Assembly: GCA_030649895.1 (NCBI GenBank)
Contig: JAUSEX010000052.1
Span: forward strand, 80,988 to 144,987
Length of the DNA stretch: 64,000 nucleotides
Direction of reading: 5' to 3'
From: Candidatus Omnitrophota bacterium
Lineage (GTDB): Bacteria > Omnitrophota > Gorgyraeia > Gorgyraeales > Gorgyraeaceae
A program made the translations under genes and the position numbers. Shown in pieces: positions 31,768 to 42,676 of the stretch. Each line of letters starts with the position of its first letter. The first letter of the stretch is position 1. A model generated the notes under the pieces. That model did no database searches and was not told the DNA's origin. It saw only the letters and a list, made by a program, of their open reading frames with translations.

Positions 31768-32895
31768 TTACCGCAACACTTTTTTAATTTCTTTTACCAT
31801 ATAATCCATCTCTTCACTTTTTAACATCGGATACATAGGTAATGTGATAACCTCTTTTGAAACCTTCTCTGTAACGGGCAATCTGCATTTATATTTAAGT
31901 TTATTTTTGTAAAAATAAGACAAATGAGCTGGCTGAAAATATACCTTGGTCATAATACCTTTTGAAGCAAGATGTTGCATCAGTTTGTTTCTATATTTCT
32001 TATTAACTTTTATAGTATATAATTGATATACGTGAAAATATTCATCCGGCGGGTTTGGAGTCATTATCCGGCCTGTTTCCTGAGACAAACTGGTGTTTAA
32101 ATATTCTGAATTTTTTCTTCTCATTTCAATAATATTTTCCACTTTCTCCAGCTGCGAAATTCCTAAAGCCGCTATAACACTCGGCATTCTAAAATTATAC
32201 CCAAGGCTGACATAATCAAGAGGTTTCATAGTCGTAAAATAATCTTCTGTTTCCAACCTGCCATGAGACCTTATCAGTTTGAGCTTTTCACAAATCTGTC
32301 TGGAATTTGTTACTATTGCTCCACCTTCACCTGTCGCAATGATTTTATTCTGGCAAAAGCTAATCATCGCAGAATCTCCAAAGGTCCCAACTTTTTTGCC
32401 TTTTATATTCGCTCCAAAAGATTCCGCAGCGTCTTCTATAAGAATAAGATTATGTTCCTGCGCGATCTTTTTCAACTCCCTTATCCTGCAGGGGCAGCCG
32501 CCATAATGGATGGGGATTATCGCTTTTGTCTTGCGGGTAATTTTCTTCTTAACGTCTTCCGGATCCAATCCAAAGGTTTCTTCTTCTATATCAGCAAAAA
32601 CAGGTTTTGCGCCTACAAATAAAACAGCATTGGCTGTTGAAATAAAAGTAAACGACGGGACAATAACCTCATCCCCTTTTCCTATTCCGTAAGCCAGAAG
32701 AAGCGCATGCATAGCTGAAGTCCCAGAATTAAAAACTATACAATACTTAACGCCGATATAGCCGGAGATTTTATTCTCAAATTCCTTTATACTGAGTCCT
32801 TCTGCCCACTGCATGCCAGACTTAACAACTTTATTAACAGCCCTTACATCTTCATCATCCCAATAAATCTTAAACATTGGTATTTTCCAATTCAT
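31768..32895 (-). CDS. DegT/DnrJ-family PLP sugar aminotransferase
   Basis: NSGTSA, PSFTFISTA, EDAAES, SFCQNK, GEGG, GYNFRM. Confidence 0.92.
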   Translation of the reverse strand: MNWKIPMFKIYWDDEDVRAVNKVVKSGMQWAEGLSIKEFENKISGYIGVKYCIVFNSGTSAMHALLLAYGIGKGDEVIVPSFTFISTANAVLFVGAKPVFADIEEETFGLDPEDVKKKITRKTKAIIPIHYGGCPCRIRELKKIAQEHNLILIEDAAESFGANIKGKKVGTFGDSAMISFCQNKIIATGEGGAIVTNSRQICEKLKLIRSHGRLETEDYFTTMKPLDYVSLGYNFRMPSVIAALGISQLEKVENIIEMRRKNSEYLNTSLSQETGRIMTPNPPDEYFHVYQLYTIKVNKKYRNKLMQHLASKGIMTKVYFQPAHLSYFYKNKLKYKCRLPVTEKVSKEVITLPMYPMLKSEEMDYMVKEIKKVLR

Positions 32896-33308
32896 AATTT
32901 CTTATCCTTGTTTGTTAATTTTCTTATTACTTTTATAGGAACTCCGTATGCCAGAGAATTAGGAGGGATATCCCTGTTAACAAAGCTGAAAGCCCCTATA
33001 ATTGAATTTTCCCCTATTGTTACTCCTGGCATCACAACGCTATGGGTGCCTATCTTGGAGTTCCTTTTTATTAAAATTTTACCCTTTTTATTATCAATAG
33101 TGGAAACAGTGTATAAAGAACAATGTGAGCCCACCTGAACATTGTCTTGCAATTCAACTTTGTGCTTTGCATTGATATAAGTAAATGCGCCTACATCAAC
33201 ATGTTTTCCTATTTTTAACTTCTCGTGATGCTGGCATTTCCAATGCCATTTTGTCATGCCATTTTTATCAAATCTTGGAGGTTTCCAATTTTCAAATCTG
33301 TTTTTCAT
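32892..33308 (-). CDS. Hexapeptide-repeat acyltransferase
   Basis: IGTHSVVMPGVTIGENSIIGAFSFVNRDIP..YGVP. Confidence 0.85.
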   Translation of the reverse strand: MKNRFENWKPPRFDKNGMTKWHWKCQHHEKLKIGKHVDVGAFTYINAKHKVELQDNVQVGSHCSLYTVSTIDNKKGKILIKRNSKIGTHSVVMPGVTIGENSIIGAFSFVNRDIPPNSLAYGVPIKVIRKLTNKDKKL

Positions 33309-33310
33309 AT

Positions 33311-34453
33311 TTAATAAGTTATCCTTTTCTGTAATAATTCGTTATTGATTTTTATCCTGCGAAGTTCTTTTACAATCCGGCTGCTTACTTTTCCGTCTCC
33401 ATATGGATTTCCGCATTTTTTCACTTTCTTCTTAAACGCGGCATTATGGATAGCTTTCTTTATCGCTTTTTTTATTTTTTCTCTATCATAGCTGACATCT
33501 ATGACATTTTCTGCCCTTTCCCTACCGTCTTGCCTTGTTCCGATATTTACAACCGGCAAATGAAAAGAAGAAGCTTCGATAATCCCGGAACTGGAATTGC
33601 CCACAAGAACACCAGTTGCTCTCATTAAACTAAGATATTCCCTTCGGATTATACTCTTATATATATGGATAAACGGATATTTTCTGTATTTTTTAATAAC
33701 CTTTATCATCCCTCTTCCACCACTATCTGCATTTGGATAAATAACAATTGCTTGATATCCAAGTTCTCTTATCGCTTCCATGGTTTCCAACATATGCCTT
33801 AACGATTGTTTATTATCAATTGATACCGGATGCTGGATTACCATTAAAAAAGGGTTAGTTGTATCCAAATTATATTTTTTTGCTATACGTTTGGGAGGAA
33901 TGAGCTTCTCGCGCAAAATACTTTCTAACCCCGGAGCGCCTACTACATGAACTCTCCATGGGTCTTCACCCATTTCTATTATTCTTTTGGCGGATTTTCT
34001 TGTAGCCGCAAAGTGGACATGAGAAAGTTTGGTTATTGCATGGCGGGTAATTTCATCAACCGTAGAGGTAACATCTCCGCCATGTATATGAACAACAGGA
34101 ATCATCGAATATGCGCCTACTATAGCGCCGGCTAACATCTCAGCCCTGTCTCCAAGCACTAACACAATATCCGGCTTAACCAATTTGATCTTTTCTGTAA
34201 ATTTTAGAATAAACCCGCCAATAAAACTTGCCATTGACTCTCTGTTGTCATCTTTATATACAGCCTTAACAGCATGAATCTTAAATTTATCTTTTTTAAT
34301 CTCATCTATGGTATTCCCAAATTCAGACATTAGATGCATACCTGTAACAACTATTTCTATTTTTAATCCAAGGCGTCTCTTGATAGAAATAAGCGTCTCT
34401 CTCATTAAACCGTAATCCGCCCTTGTTCCTGAAATATACAAAATTTTTCTCAT
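33311..34453 (-). CDS. neuC: UDP-N-acetylglucosamine 2-epimerase, hydrolysing (NeuC/LegG)
   Basis: GTRADYG, TGMHL, LGDRAE, HIHGGD, RHAITKLSH, GNSSSG, GTRQDGR. Confidence 0.92.
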   Translation of the reverse strand: MRKILYISGTRADYGLMRETLISIKRRLGLKIEIVVTGMHLMSEFGNTIDEIKKDKFKIHAVKAVYKDDNRESMASFIGGFILKFTEKIKLVKPDIVLVLGDRAEMLAGAIVGAYSMIPVVHIHGGDVTSTVDEITRHAITKLSHVHFAATRKSAKRIIEMGEDPWRVHVVGAPGLESILREKLIPPKRIAKKYNLDTTNPFLMVIQHPVSIDNKQSLRHMLETMEAIRELGYQAIVIYPNADSGGRGMIKVIKKYRKYPFIHIYKSIIRREYLSLMRATGVLVGNSSSGIIEASSFHLPVVNIGTRQDGRERAENVIDVSYDREKIKKAIKKAIHNAAFKKKVKKCGNPYGDGKVSSRIVKELRRIKINNELLQKRITY

Positions 34454-35493
34454 GCCAAATCCTTGAAATTAATCAAACTGTCTTTAGCGATATTCACCCT
34501 AGCTCTTTTTCCTATAACCTGATTCATCAATGCCGGCGGAATACCTGTGCCGGGCCTTTTTATATCAATCATCTCCCTTGTCAAGACAGCGCCCTTGGGC
34601 ATATAAACACTTGAAACTACGCTTTTTCTTACTACTTTTTTTATCATGTCCTCGCTCTTTGCCGGCCTCTTTATCCCATCCCCCATGGACATTCCCACAT
34701 CCCTAATAGCCTTTACCATTTCTCTAAATTCTTCCGGCTCCAAGGATGCCTTATGGTCAGGCCCGGACATGCTTTTATCAAGCGTAAAATGTTTCTCTAT
34801 TACGCTTGCGCCTAAAGCTACGGCCACTATCGAAGCGATAATACCTGTGGTATGGTCGGAAAACCCTACGGGCAATTTAAAAAAGCGTTTCATGGTCTGT
34901 ATCGTCCTTAAATTAACATCCTTTATGGACGCGGGATAATTTGTAACGCATTGAAGCAGGGTTATATCCTTAACGCCTTCTTTTCTGATTACTCCCAATG
35001 CCGCCTTTATTTCCTTTAGATCAGACATCCCAGTAGACAAGATAACAGGCTTTCCTTTCCTAGCTATATGTTTAAGCAAAGGTATATTTGTTATTTCTCC
35101 GGACGGTATTTTAAAAATCCTGATACCTATTTTATCCAGCGCATCCGCGCTTTCTTTATCAAAAGGTGACGATAAAAAAATGATATTTTTCTTTTTTGCA
35201 TAGCCTGCTATCTTTTTAAACTCGCCGGCGGTAAGTTCTAGTTTCTTTAGCATCTCCAATTGCGTTTCATCTCTATCTGTAACGTTTTTCTGATATTCAG
35301 CTTTCGGAGCGCATACGGAAACAAGCGACTCAGCCTTAAAAGTTTGAAACTTAACCGCGTCAGCGCCCGCCTGGCTTGCCGCATCTATCAATCTCTTAGC
35401 TATTTTAATAGAGCCATTATGATTTACGCCTGCCTCGGCTATAATAAACACTTTATCTGTTACCGTCCTTTTATTTCCTCTTTTTAAAAACAT
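34450..35493 (-). CDS. neuB: N-acetylneuraminate/legionaminate synthase (NeuB/LegI)
   Basis: AEAGVNHNG, KFQTF, SSPFD, KIPSGE, GFSDH, EKHFT, GPDHKASLEP, SAF domain; start uncertain (35493 or 35508). Confidence 0.92.
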   Translation of the reverse strand: MFLKRGNKRTVTDKVFIIAEAGVNHNGSIKIAKRLIDAASQAGADAVKFQTFKAESLVSVCAPKAEYQKNVTDRDETQLEMLKKLELTAGEFKKIAGYAKKKNIIFLSSPFDKESADALDKIGIRIFKIPSGEITNIPLLKHIARKGKPVILSTGMSDLKEIKAALGVIRKEGVKDITLLQCVTNYPASIKDVNLRTIQTMKRFFKLPVGFSDHTTGIIASIVAVALGASVIEKHFTLDKSMSGPDHKASLEPEEFREMVKAIRDVGMSMGDGIKRPAKSEDMIKKVVRKSVVSSVYMPKGAVLTREMIDIKRPGTGIPPALMNQVIGKRARVNIAKDSLINFKDLA

Positions 35494-35497
35494 GGTT

Positions 35498-37267
35498 TTA
35501 CGCCCCATTAAGCACCTGCTGTTTTACCATATGGCTGAAATAACCGCCTTTCTGGATAAGCGCTGCATAACTGCCTTCCTCTGCAACTCTGCCATTCTTA
35601 AGCACATATATATAATCCGCATTTGCAACTGTAGAAAGCCGATGAGCAATAACAAGAACTGTTGTTTCTTTCGCAATAGCTTCTATGGACTGCTGAATCA
35701 GGCGTTCTGAATATGTATCCAATGCGCTAGTAGCTTCGTCCAAAATAAGAAGATCGGGCTTACGCAATATTGCTCTGGCTAACGCAATCCTCTGGATTTG
35801 GCCGCCTGATAAACGCACGCCTCTATCACCTACCAACGTATTATAACCTTCTGGAAATTTTTCAATAAATTCTTCCGCATTTGCCTGGCGGCAAGCCTCT
35901 TCAATTTCAGCTTCATTAGCGTCGGCTTTTGACCAGCGCAAATTGTCCATAATAGTTGTATTAAAAAGAACGCTATCCTGCGGCACATAACCAATCCTCT
36001 GGCGATAAGAGTTGATATTAAAATCCTGTATAGCCGCGCCATCAAACGTAATACTTCCTTTCGCAGGTTCATTAAAACCCATTATCATATCAATCAAGGT
36101 TGATTTTCCCGCTCCGGATTCACCCACAAACGCAACCATCTTTCCTTTAGGAATACGCACATTGATATCAATCAGAACTGGCTCATTGTCAGGATACGCA
36201 AAAAAAACTTTATTCATAGTTATTTCCCGCTCAAACCCTTTGAATATCTTTGCGCCTGTCAGTTGTTTAAGCTGGCTGGCGCGGTTCCTTAAGTTCATAA
36301 CCTGTTCATAACTCGGGAAAAAATTATCTAATGAATTTTTCTGCGCTATTAAATCTGTAACGCAGGGGACAATCCTTAGAAAAGAATATAATAATACCGC
36401 CGCTTCTGACAGGGAAAGGCCGAATCTCCGCGATATAAACATGCCGATAATCAATACCAGCACGCCGAACGGATAATACATCAATGGTATTGCAACGCCT
36501 AATGTCTGCGATTTAATTGTCGCCTTTGAATGGCTACTAAAAGCATCATCCAATGCCTTTACGCTCTTGCCCTGATTGCCAAATCCCAGTATTACCTTTG
36601 CCATGCTGAGATTTTCTTGTATGACTGAACCCATATGATTCGCGGTAGAAGTATTTTTCTTGCCCAATCTGTAATTCATCCTTCCAAGCAAGACAAAAGG
36701 CAAGGCAAACAATAACGCGGAACCCATGCAGATAGACGTAACCCTCCAGGAAAGGTAAAAAGGCACCACGAGACAGAATGCCCCTTCTAAGAACCTGGCA
36801 AAAAAACGCGCCATAGCTCCAAAAGAATCTCCTACTACATTGATCTCGCGTATAAAGGTATTTAAAATCGCGCCCTGCTTGGAGCTGTTAAAAAAATACC
36901 ATCTGGCCTGAAAAAAGTCCTCAAACGAGCCTATCATGATATCGCGCATAACCCTGTATTTTGTCTTGAATATCAGGCGCTGGGCAAAAATCAGAAAACT
37001 AATTTTAAGCACGCTAAATAAAAGAAAAGCGATAAAAAGCCGGCTTAATGTAACTGAAAAACCAACCGCTTTCATCGCTTCAATTATCTTTTGGGTAACA
37101 GGACTGATATCTTTCAAACCAGGTTTAACCAGGAAATCGATAATTGGGATAAGGGCAAAAACCGACACCGCATCAAATAAACCCCCTACAAAAAGCAATA
37201 ATACATTACTGCTTAGCAAAGCAGGATATTTTTTAAAAATATCGCGAATAAAAAGAGATGCTTTCAT
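35498..37267 (-). CDS. ABC transporter permease/ATPase (MsbA/PglK-like glycan flippase)
   Basis: N-terminal TM domain; GESGAGKST, LSGGQ, LILDEATSALD, IAHRLST. Confidence 0.9.
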   Translation of the reverse strand: MKASLFIRDIFKKYPALLSSNVLLLFVGGLFDAVSVFALIPIIDFLVKPGLKDISPVTQKIIEAMKAVGFSVTLSRLFIAFLLFSVLKISFLIFAQRLIFKTKYRVMRDIMIGSFEDFFQARWYFFNSSKQGAILNTFIREINVVGDSFGAMARFFARFLEGAFCLVVPFYLSWRVTSICMGSALLFALPFVLLGRMNYRLGKKNTSTANHMGSVIQENLSMAKVILGFGNQGKSVKALDDAFSSHSKATIKSQTLGVAIPLMYYPFGVLVLIIGMFISRRFGLSLSEAAVLLYSFLRIVPCVTDLIAQKNSLDNFFPSYEQVMNLRNRASQLKQLTGAKIFKGFEREITMNKVFFAYPDNEPVLIDINVRIPKGKMVAFVGESGAGKSTLIDMIMGFNEPAKGSITFDGAAIQDFNINSYRQRIGYVPQDSVLFNTTIMDNLRWSKADANEAEIEEACRQANAEEFIEKFPEGYNTLVGDRGVRLSGGQIQRIALARAILRKPDLLILDEATSALDTYSERLIQQSIEAIAKETTVLVIAHRLSTVANADYIYVLKNGRVAEEGSYAALIQKGGYFSHMVKQQVLNGA

Positions 37268-37275
37268 GAGCCGCC

Positions 37276-38505
37276 TTACTCCAATAATCCCTTGTTCTGC
37301 CGCAAAAATTCTGCGCCGATCCTTGAAACAATCTTACCGTTAAATCTGCTTGGCCTAAATAATAACCTGAACATCTTCTGCAATTTTTCATCCTTTTCTG
37401 TTGTTTTCCATTCTCCTTTAAGCCTTTCATCCATCTCAACCGCGACCGAAGTAATTTCTTCCGGAGTATTTTCTATAACTTCTATACCTAGCTTTTCATA
37501 TTCTTCAGTATTATACATTCTTCCTTTTTCTGATCCAAGAATCTCGCGAAAAGTTAAAAAACGGCTCTCACCGCGCAGCCAGAGTTTTTTGGGAATAAAT
37601 AAATAGTCAGAAGACCATGTGGGCACATATTCAAGAGGGACCATATTTACTATTGCCAATGGCCGCCTGAATATAACAGGTATGGCATGAAAACCGCAGG
37701 AATCACCTAAATAAAAATGGCATTTGGCGCCCAAAAATATATCAAGAAATTCTGTCCTATGTTTTACAGCATAATCAACGATCATAGGATTTGTAGTTTC
37801 GAGCGGCTGTTTAACCATAGTACCCATTCTTAGCGCAAAATATCCTCTGCGCGTCAGTTCCTCAATTGTAGAGACAAAATTTTTAATATTCGAATCCCTG
37901 TAGTCATGATAACTCCAGTTATCATCTGGACTCAGCTTATTTAAATAAGCTGAGTCTCTTGAAAGAAAGCAAATAAACGAAGCCCCCTTTGATATACCCA
38001 GTTTCTGAAGCTCCTTCTGCCCAAAAAGTTCTTCTTCAAGAGTAAAAGAAAGATGCGGCTGTGTGCTCTCCAATAAACCACAGATGTCTCTATCTGTAGC
38101 TATTGATGAAATTTCATGGCTTTCCCATCCGGGGATAAAACGATTTATCTTATCCAACCAATTCGCTATAGGCGAAATACGCAATACGCGCCTCCACATC
38201 TTTTCTAACTGCCGATTACAAATAAAACTGGTATGATAAAAAATATCAAGCTTACGGCTTTTGTTTTTATTAAAATCGCGGTCACAAAGATATAACTCGA
38301 TATTACCCGCAAAATGACCTATCCTGCTGCTAATCAGCCCTCCAAATCTTATTAATACCAAAGGCCGCAAAAGGCGTATACACAAAACCATTAACAATAA
38401 TACCGGCGTTAATAAAACAATACCTGTTTTACGTAACAACATTAATAATCCGCCATTGCGAATTTGGGTAACCTGATTATTTAAAAGGGTTTTTAGATTT
38501 TTCAT
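37276..38505 (-). CDS. TIGR04372-family putative glycosyltransferase
   Basis: SRIGHF, RDSAY, HDYRDS, LRMG, FLDIFL, ENTPEEI. Confidence 0.75.
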   Translation of the reverse strand: MKNLKTLLNNQVTQIRNGGLLMLLRKTGIVLLTPVLLLMVLCIRLLRPLVLIRFGGLISSRIGHFAGNIELYLCDRDFNKNKSRKLDIFYHTSFICNRQLEKMWRRVLRISPIANWLDKINRFIPGWESHEISSIATDRDICGLLESTQPHLSFTLEEELFGQKELQKLGISKGASFICFLSRDSAYLNKLSPDDNWSYHDYRDSNIKNFVSTIEELTRRGYFALRMGTMVKQPLETTNPMIVDYAVKHRTEFLDIFLGAKCHFYLGDSCGFHAIPVIFRRPLAIVNMVPLEYVPTWSSDYLFIPKKLWLRGESRFLTFREILGSEKGRMYNTEEYEKLGIEVIENTPEEITSVAVEMDERLKGEWKTTEKDEKLQKMFRLLFRPSRFNGKIVSRIGAEFLRQNKGLLE

Positions 38506-38513
38506 CGTATATG

Positions 38514-38558
38514 CTTCTCGACTTCATTCACTTCGTTCATTTCGCTCGAAGAATATTA
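38514..38558. repeat. Junction repeat family A, copy A1
   Basis: cttctcgac-ttcattcacttcgttcatttc-gctcgaagaatatta; the terminal tta is the stop codon of the 38556-39440 gene. Confidence 0.85.
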
Positions 38559-39440
38559 AGTCGTTAATAGTTCTCCAATAACCGTATCAATAGTCTGCCA
38601 TACATCAGGCGATTCTATACCTAATACACTTTTAAGACGGTTGGTATTTAATGTGCTATACCGCCCTCCTGTTTCCTTATCTTCATCTATCTTCGAAGCT
38701 TCCGTCGGATTCACTAATTTCGGGTCACATTTCAGCAATTCCGCTATTCTACACGCGATATCAGCATATGAGATATCCTTGTCTCCCGATACTTGTAAAA
38801 GACCTGAAATCTTTTGCGAAGCAGCTAATTTTAAAACCGATACCGCGAATGACAACGAAACAGGCGATATATACTTATCTTTAAAAGGATATATTGCCCT
38901 ATCCTCCTTAAAATCGTTTATCCATTTGGAAAAAAAAATATTTTCTTTTCCAAGTATTTTCGTAAAACGAACAACTGTTACAGAATCTTTCCATTGATTT
39001 ATTAATCGTTCTGTTTCCGCTTTTTGCCGCCCGTATTCAGTAACCGGAGAAAAAGGTTCCTCAGGCAAACAATATGGAATCGAACCATCAAATACCTGAT
39101 TTGTAGATAGATAAATTACAAATATGCCTTTATTTATAAGATTTTTTATTAACTTACAAGTTCCATCTACATTTACACGCCTTGATGTATCAGGATCACG
39201 TCTACATTCTTCTAATTTTGTCACGCCTGCACATATAAAAGCTGTATCAATGCCTGATGGAAAACTCCAGGATTCCGGATTATCCAAAAGATCCAGGTAA
39301 AGATGCTTTTGGCCTACGGTATCTCGGCATCTCGTAGTGCCAATTACTTCTTCACCAGACATCTCGAAATACTGCGTTAATGCTTTACCTACAAGGCTGT
39401 CTGACCCTACAATTAGTTTAATATTTTTTGGAGCCATCAA
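38556..39440 (-). CDS. RmlD-like NAD(P)-dependent sugar reductase
   Basis: IVGSDSLVG, CAGVT, STNQVFDG, YGRQK. Confidence 0.8.
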   Translation of the reverse strand: MMAPKNIKLIVGSDSLVGKALTQYFEMSGEEVIGTTRCRDTVGQKHLYLDLLDNPESWSFPSGIDTAFICAGVTKLEECRRDPDTSRRVNVDGTCKLIKNLINKGIFVIYLSTNQVFDGSIPYCLPEEPFSPVTEYGRQKAETERLINQWKDSVTVVRFTKILGKENIFFSKWINDFKEDRAIYPFKDKYISPVSLSFAVSVLKLAASQKISGLLQVSGDKDISYADIACRIAELLKCDPKLVNPTEASKIDEDKETGGRYSTLNTNRLKSVLGIESPDVWQTIDTVIGELLTT

Positions 39441-40507
39441 ACAAACTCCAGATGTTCTTTGTCCGCGTTAAGATAATCAAAAATAAGCCTGTTTTTAGCA
39501 TCAGCTACACAGTGGTGATTGCAATTGCGAGACGGATTAATCTTGAAAAATTTTTCTTTATCTCTGAACCAGAAATCCTTAAATCTCTTCTCTTTTATAG
39601 AGCCGACCAATCCCTCGCTAAGATTATAAGCTTTGTCCTGGCATGGATATATATTAAGATCAGCTCCTATGATCGGCAAAATTTGTAAATAAGGGCACCA
39701 TGTATATATCTTATTAAACGTCTCAAGCTGGGCATGATATGAATCAAATATCTCGAAACTTTCATTCGAAAACTCATGCAATGCTTTTTCTATCTGAGCT
39801 TTCACTTTTTTTAAAATAGGTTTGTGATACATGTTGTTTTTAATACCGTCGTTATCTATAATACACGGGGAAACTTTAACGCTGTTCACGCCTATATCCC
39901 TGAGTATCTTAATAAGGCCATATATATGCGATGAATTTTTCTTATCAACTATGATATTGATACCCAGAAAACATGCGCCTTTGAGTTTCTTAAAATTTCT
40001 TATATTATTTATCACTTTAGTAAATTCACCGTCCGGAACCCGCCTATAGAAAGAATAGCTTTTATCATCCCATCCATCTATAGAAATCCTTAACCAAGCA
40101 GCATGGCAGGCAAAAATTTCCGCTAATTCTCCGTTAAGTTTCGAGCCGTTCGTTAAACACGCGAATTTGACTTTCGTCTGAGAAAGCTTTTTTACGGTAT
40201 CCAATAAATATAAATAGCAAAAAGGATCTCCACCCCCACTGAATGTAACAGCCTTTACGCCGATTTCCGCGATATCGTCGATGATCTCCATCATCTTTTC
40301 TTTCGGTATATAATCTTTTCGCGCCATATCCTTGCCAAGCTGTTGATTATCCGATCTATACGCGCAATATAAGCAATTATGATTGCACGTATTCGTAGGT
40401 TTTATGCGTATATGAATAGGCGCCATTATGTTATTCGCAGACAACGGCAGTGAATCCAGCTTATCTTTAAAATGGAATATTTTCATCTTTGTATATAAAA
40501 ACCCCAT
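39437..40507 (-). CDS. Radical SAM protein with twitch/SPASM domain
   Basis: CNHNCLYC, SGGGDP, CPY...IYPC...CNHHC. Confidence 0.9.
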   Translation of the reverse strand: MGFLYTKMKIFHFKDKLDSLPLSANNIMAPIHIRIKPTNTCNHNCLYCAYRSDNQQLGKDMARKDYIPKEKMMEIIDDIAEIGVKAVTFSGGGDPFCYLYLLDTVKKLSQTKVKFACLTNGSKLNGELAEIFACHAAWLRISIDGWDDKSYSFYRRVPDGEFTKVINNIRNFKKLKGACFLGINIIVDKKNSSHIYGLIKILRDIGVNSVKVSPCIIDNDGIKNNMYHKPILKKVKAQIEKALHEFSNESFEIFDSYHAQLETFNKIYTWCPYLQILPIIGADLNIYPCQDKAYNLSEGLVGSIKEKRFKDFWFRDKEKFFKINPSRNCNHHCVADAKNRLIFDYLNADKEHLEFV

Positions 40508-40518
40508 GACGCTATCCT

Positions 40519-41952
40519 TTATTTAATTGACTGAAACGCGCTGTTAAAAGTCCGCTTTCGCGTCTCTTTTAATTCGTCCTCAGTCATGCCCATCATCGCC
40601 GCGGTCTTTTTGCGTTTTTCCGGATTTGTAAAATTAATCCTATCCCATTCATAAGCTCGTAAAATAGTGAGGTCTCGACTAGAAAACTCTTTTGTCTCAA
40701 TCTGGCCGACATTCCACATGCCTTCTGATTTGTCGAATTCTTCTTTAAAGGCGCTTTCTTTTTCGCAAAGTTCCCATAATTTTGTATTTCGTAACGGCAT
40801 AGCTGTGAATATTTTCGCGTAATCCACATCTATATCTTCGGCGAACTTTATGGTCTGCCTGATCTCGTCCCACGTCTCCGTGGGGAAACCTATTATAAAA
40901 TTGGCCGCAACATAAATGCCTTCTTTCTTAGCTGACCGGGCCATTTCTTTGGCTTGCTCAAAGTTAACCGGCTTTTTTATTATTTTTTTCAACACCCTTT
41001 CGGTCCCAGACTCGATAGCTATGTCTATATACTCGCAGCCGCTTGCCTTCATCAGCTTAATCAGCTCTTCATCTAATTTAAAAACCGCTACGGCTATACT
41101 GGCCCAGGGCATAGCAATATCCCTGTCAATCATTCCCTGAAAAATATCTTTGGCTCTCTGCCTATCGGTAAAAAGATTATCGTCGTCAAAAATAAGGGAC
41201 TTAATTCCGTATTCTTTTTTTAACCACGCTATTTCATCTAATACATTTTTCGCGCTCCGCGGCCTGAACTCCCTACCGGAAATTACCTCTACCTGACAAA
41301 ATGAACACCCGTAAGGGCAACCCCTCGAGGTCATGATGCGCGCGTAGGGATATTTCCTGGGAGAATCAACGCTTTTTCTGTGAGCACTATTAGCGTAGTT
41401 TTTAAAATTTATCAGGTGATATGCCGGCAATGGGATATCATCTAAATCTTTGATAAAATCAGCGTGGCCTGTATTAACAATCTTTCCGTCTAAACTATAA
41501 CAAACGCCCTTTTGAGGAAGCGGATTTTTTTTCATGACATACCCTATTAAATCCCTAAGCGCATATTCGCCCTCGCCTACAACAACAAAATCAATGTTAT
41601 TATCCTTTACAGCCCTCTCCGGGTTTACTGTAGCATAAACCCCTCCCATCACTACAATAATCTCTCTATTAATAGATTTTGCTATTTTTGCTGCTGTATG
41701 TCCGGAAGAAGCATATTGATCCATAAGAACCGTAATCCCCACAATGTCAGGATTAAGTTTTCTCAATTCAGATTTAAACGCATCCTCGCTCATATTTGAC
41801 GTATAAGCATCTAAAATACTAACGTCGCAGATATCCTTTATTACCGCAGCTAAAAGACAGAGATTGTAAGGGGTATAATGCCATAGCGCATTTATATCAG
41901 AATTTACCCAGCGAAAATTTGGCACAACCAGGACTACTTTTAACTTTTTCAT
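40519..41952 (-). CDS. Cobalamin-binding radical SAM enzyme
   Basis: MGGVYAT, GEGE, TSRGCPYGCSFC, FDDDN, AIESG, IIGFPTET. Confidence 0.92.
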   Translation of the reverse strand: MKKLKVVLVVPNFRWVNSDINALWHYTPYNLCLLAAVIKDICDVSILDAYTSNMSEDAFKSELRKLNPDIVGITVLMDQYASSGHTAAKIAKSINREIIVVMGGVYATVNPERAVKDNNIDFVVVGEGEYALRDLIGYVMKKNPLPQKGVCYSLDGKIVNTGHADFIKDLDDIPLPAYHLINFKNYANSAHRKSVDSPRKYPYARIMTSRGCPYGCSFCQVEVISGREFRPRSAKNVLDEIAWLKKEYGIKSLIFDDDNLFTDRQRAKDIFQGMIDRDIAMPWASIAVAVFKLDEELIKLMKASGCEYIDIAIESGTERVLKKIIKKPVNFEQAKEMARSAKKEGIYVAANFIIGFPTETWDEIRQTIKFAEDIDVDYAKIFTAMPLRNTKLWELCEKESAFKEEFDKSEGMWNVGQIETKEFSSRDLTILRAYEWDRINFTNPEKRKKTAAMMGMTEDELKETRKRTFNSAFQSIK

Positions 41953-41965
41953 ATTCTATCTCTAT

Positions 41966-42625
41966 TCAAAAATAGATAAACTCATAATCGCCGGAATAGC
42001 CGAATTCATCGAACAGCCACACCCATTCTTCCGGCCTGAAAAACGATTCACATGTTAATGCCCAGCATTGCAGATTAAATAACTCCTCTTCATTGCGATA
42101 ACCTTCCATGCTGATATATTTATTCTTGCCAACCCGCTCTATTTCCTGAAGAGCTGGTTTTAACTCATGTACGCAAAGGTTATGAAGAGTTGTTATAGAC
42201 ACAACCAAATCAAATTCTTTGTCCTTAAAAGGGTATTCATCCTGAACCTTATGAATAAACAAAGAGTCCCTGACTTCTTCCTTCGCGTTTTCCACTGCGT
42301 ATCCTGAGATATCAAATCCTTTTACGCTTGCGCCAGGTAAAAGTTTCTTAAATTCATATAGCAAAAAACCCTTTCCGCACCCTACGTCCAGAATTCTGGC
42401 GTTGTCCGGCAGTTTATATTCCTCTATCAGCTTCCTCGCGACAGGCTCCCAGTGACCGTTATATTTATACCCTCCATAGCCGTACTTTCTGTCTCCGTCC
42501 CAAAAATCCCTGCCGAATTTCCTGGCTATCTTCGCGCACTCGGCTTTGTTATTAACCATCCTGGCAAGATAGTCCCTTTTCGTCTTCTGATGCAGAGATG
42601 TTATAATATTTAAAAGTTTCCCCAT
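41966..42625 (-). CDS. Class I SAM-dependent methyltransferase
   Basis: WDGDRKYGYGGY, LDVGCGKG, WALTC; ATG at 42625 (MGKLL) has AGGAG 5 nt upstream, and the track start at 42649 lies inside the IS end. Confidence 0.85.
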   Translation of the reverse strand: MGKLLNIITSLHQKTKRDYLARMVNNKAECAKIARKFGRDFWDGDRKYGYGGYKYNGHWEPVARKLIEEYKLPDNARILDVGCGKGFLLYEFKKLLPGASVKGFDISGYAVENAKEEVRDSLFIHKVQDEYPFKDKEFDLVVSITTLHNLCVHELKPALQEIERVGKNKYISMEGYRNEEELFNLQCWALTCESFFRPEEWVWLFDEFGYSGDYEFIYF

Positions 42626-42676
42626 TAGTACTCCTATGTTAAAAGTCAAATAACTCTACTCTTAAGACTTTATTGT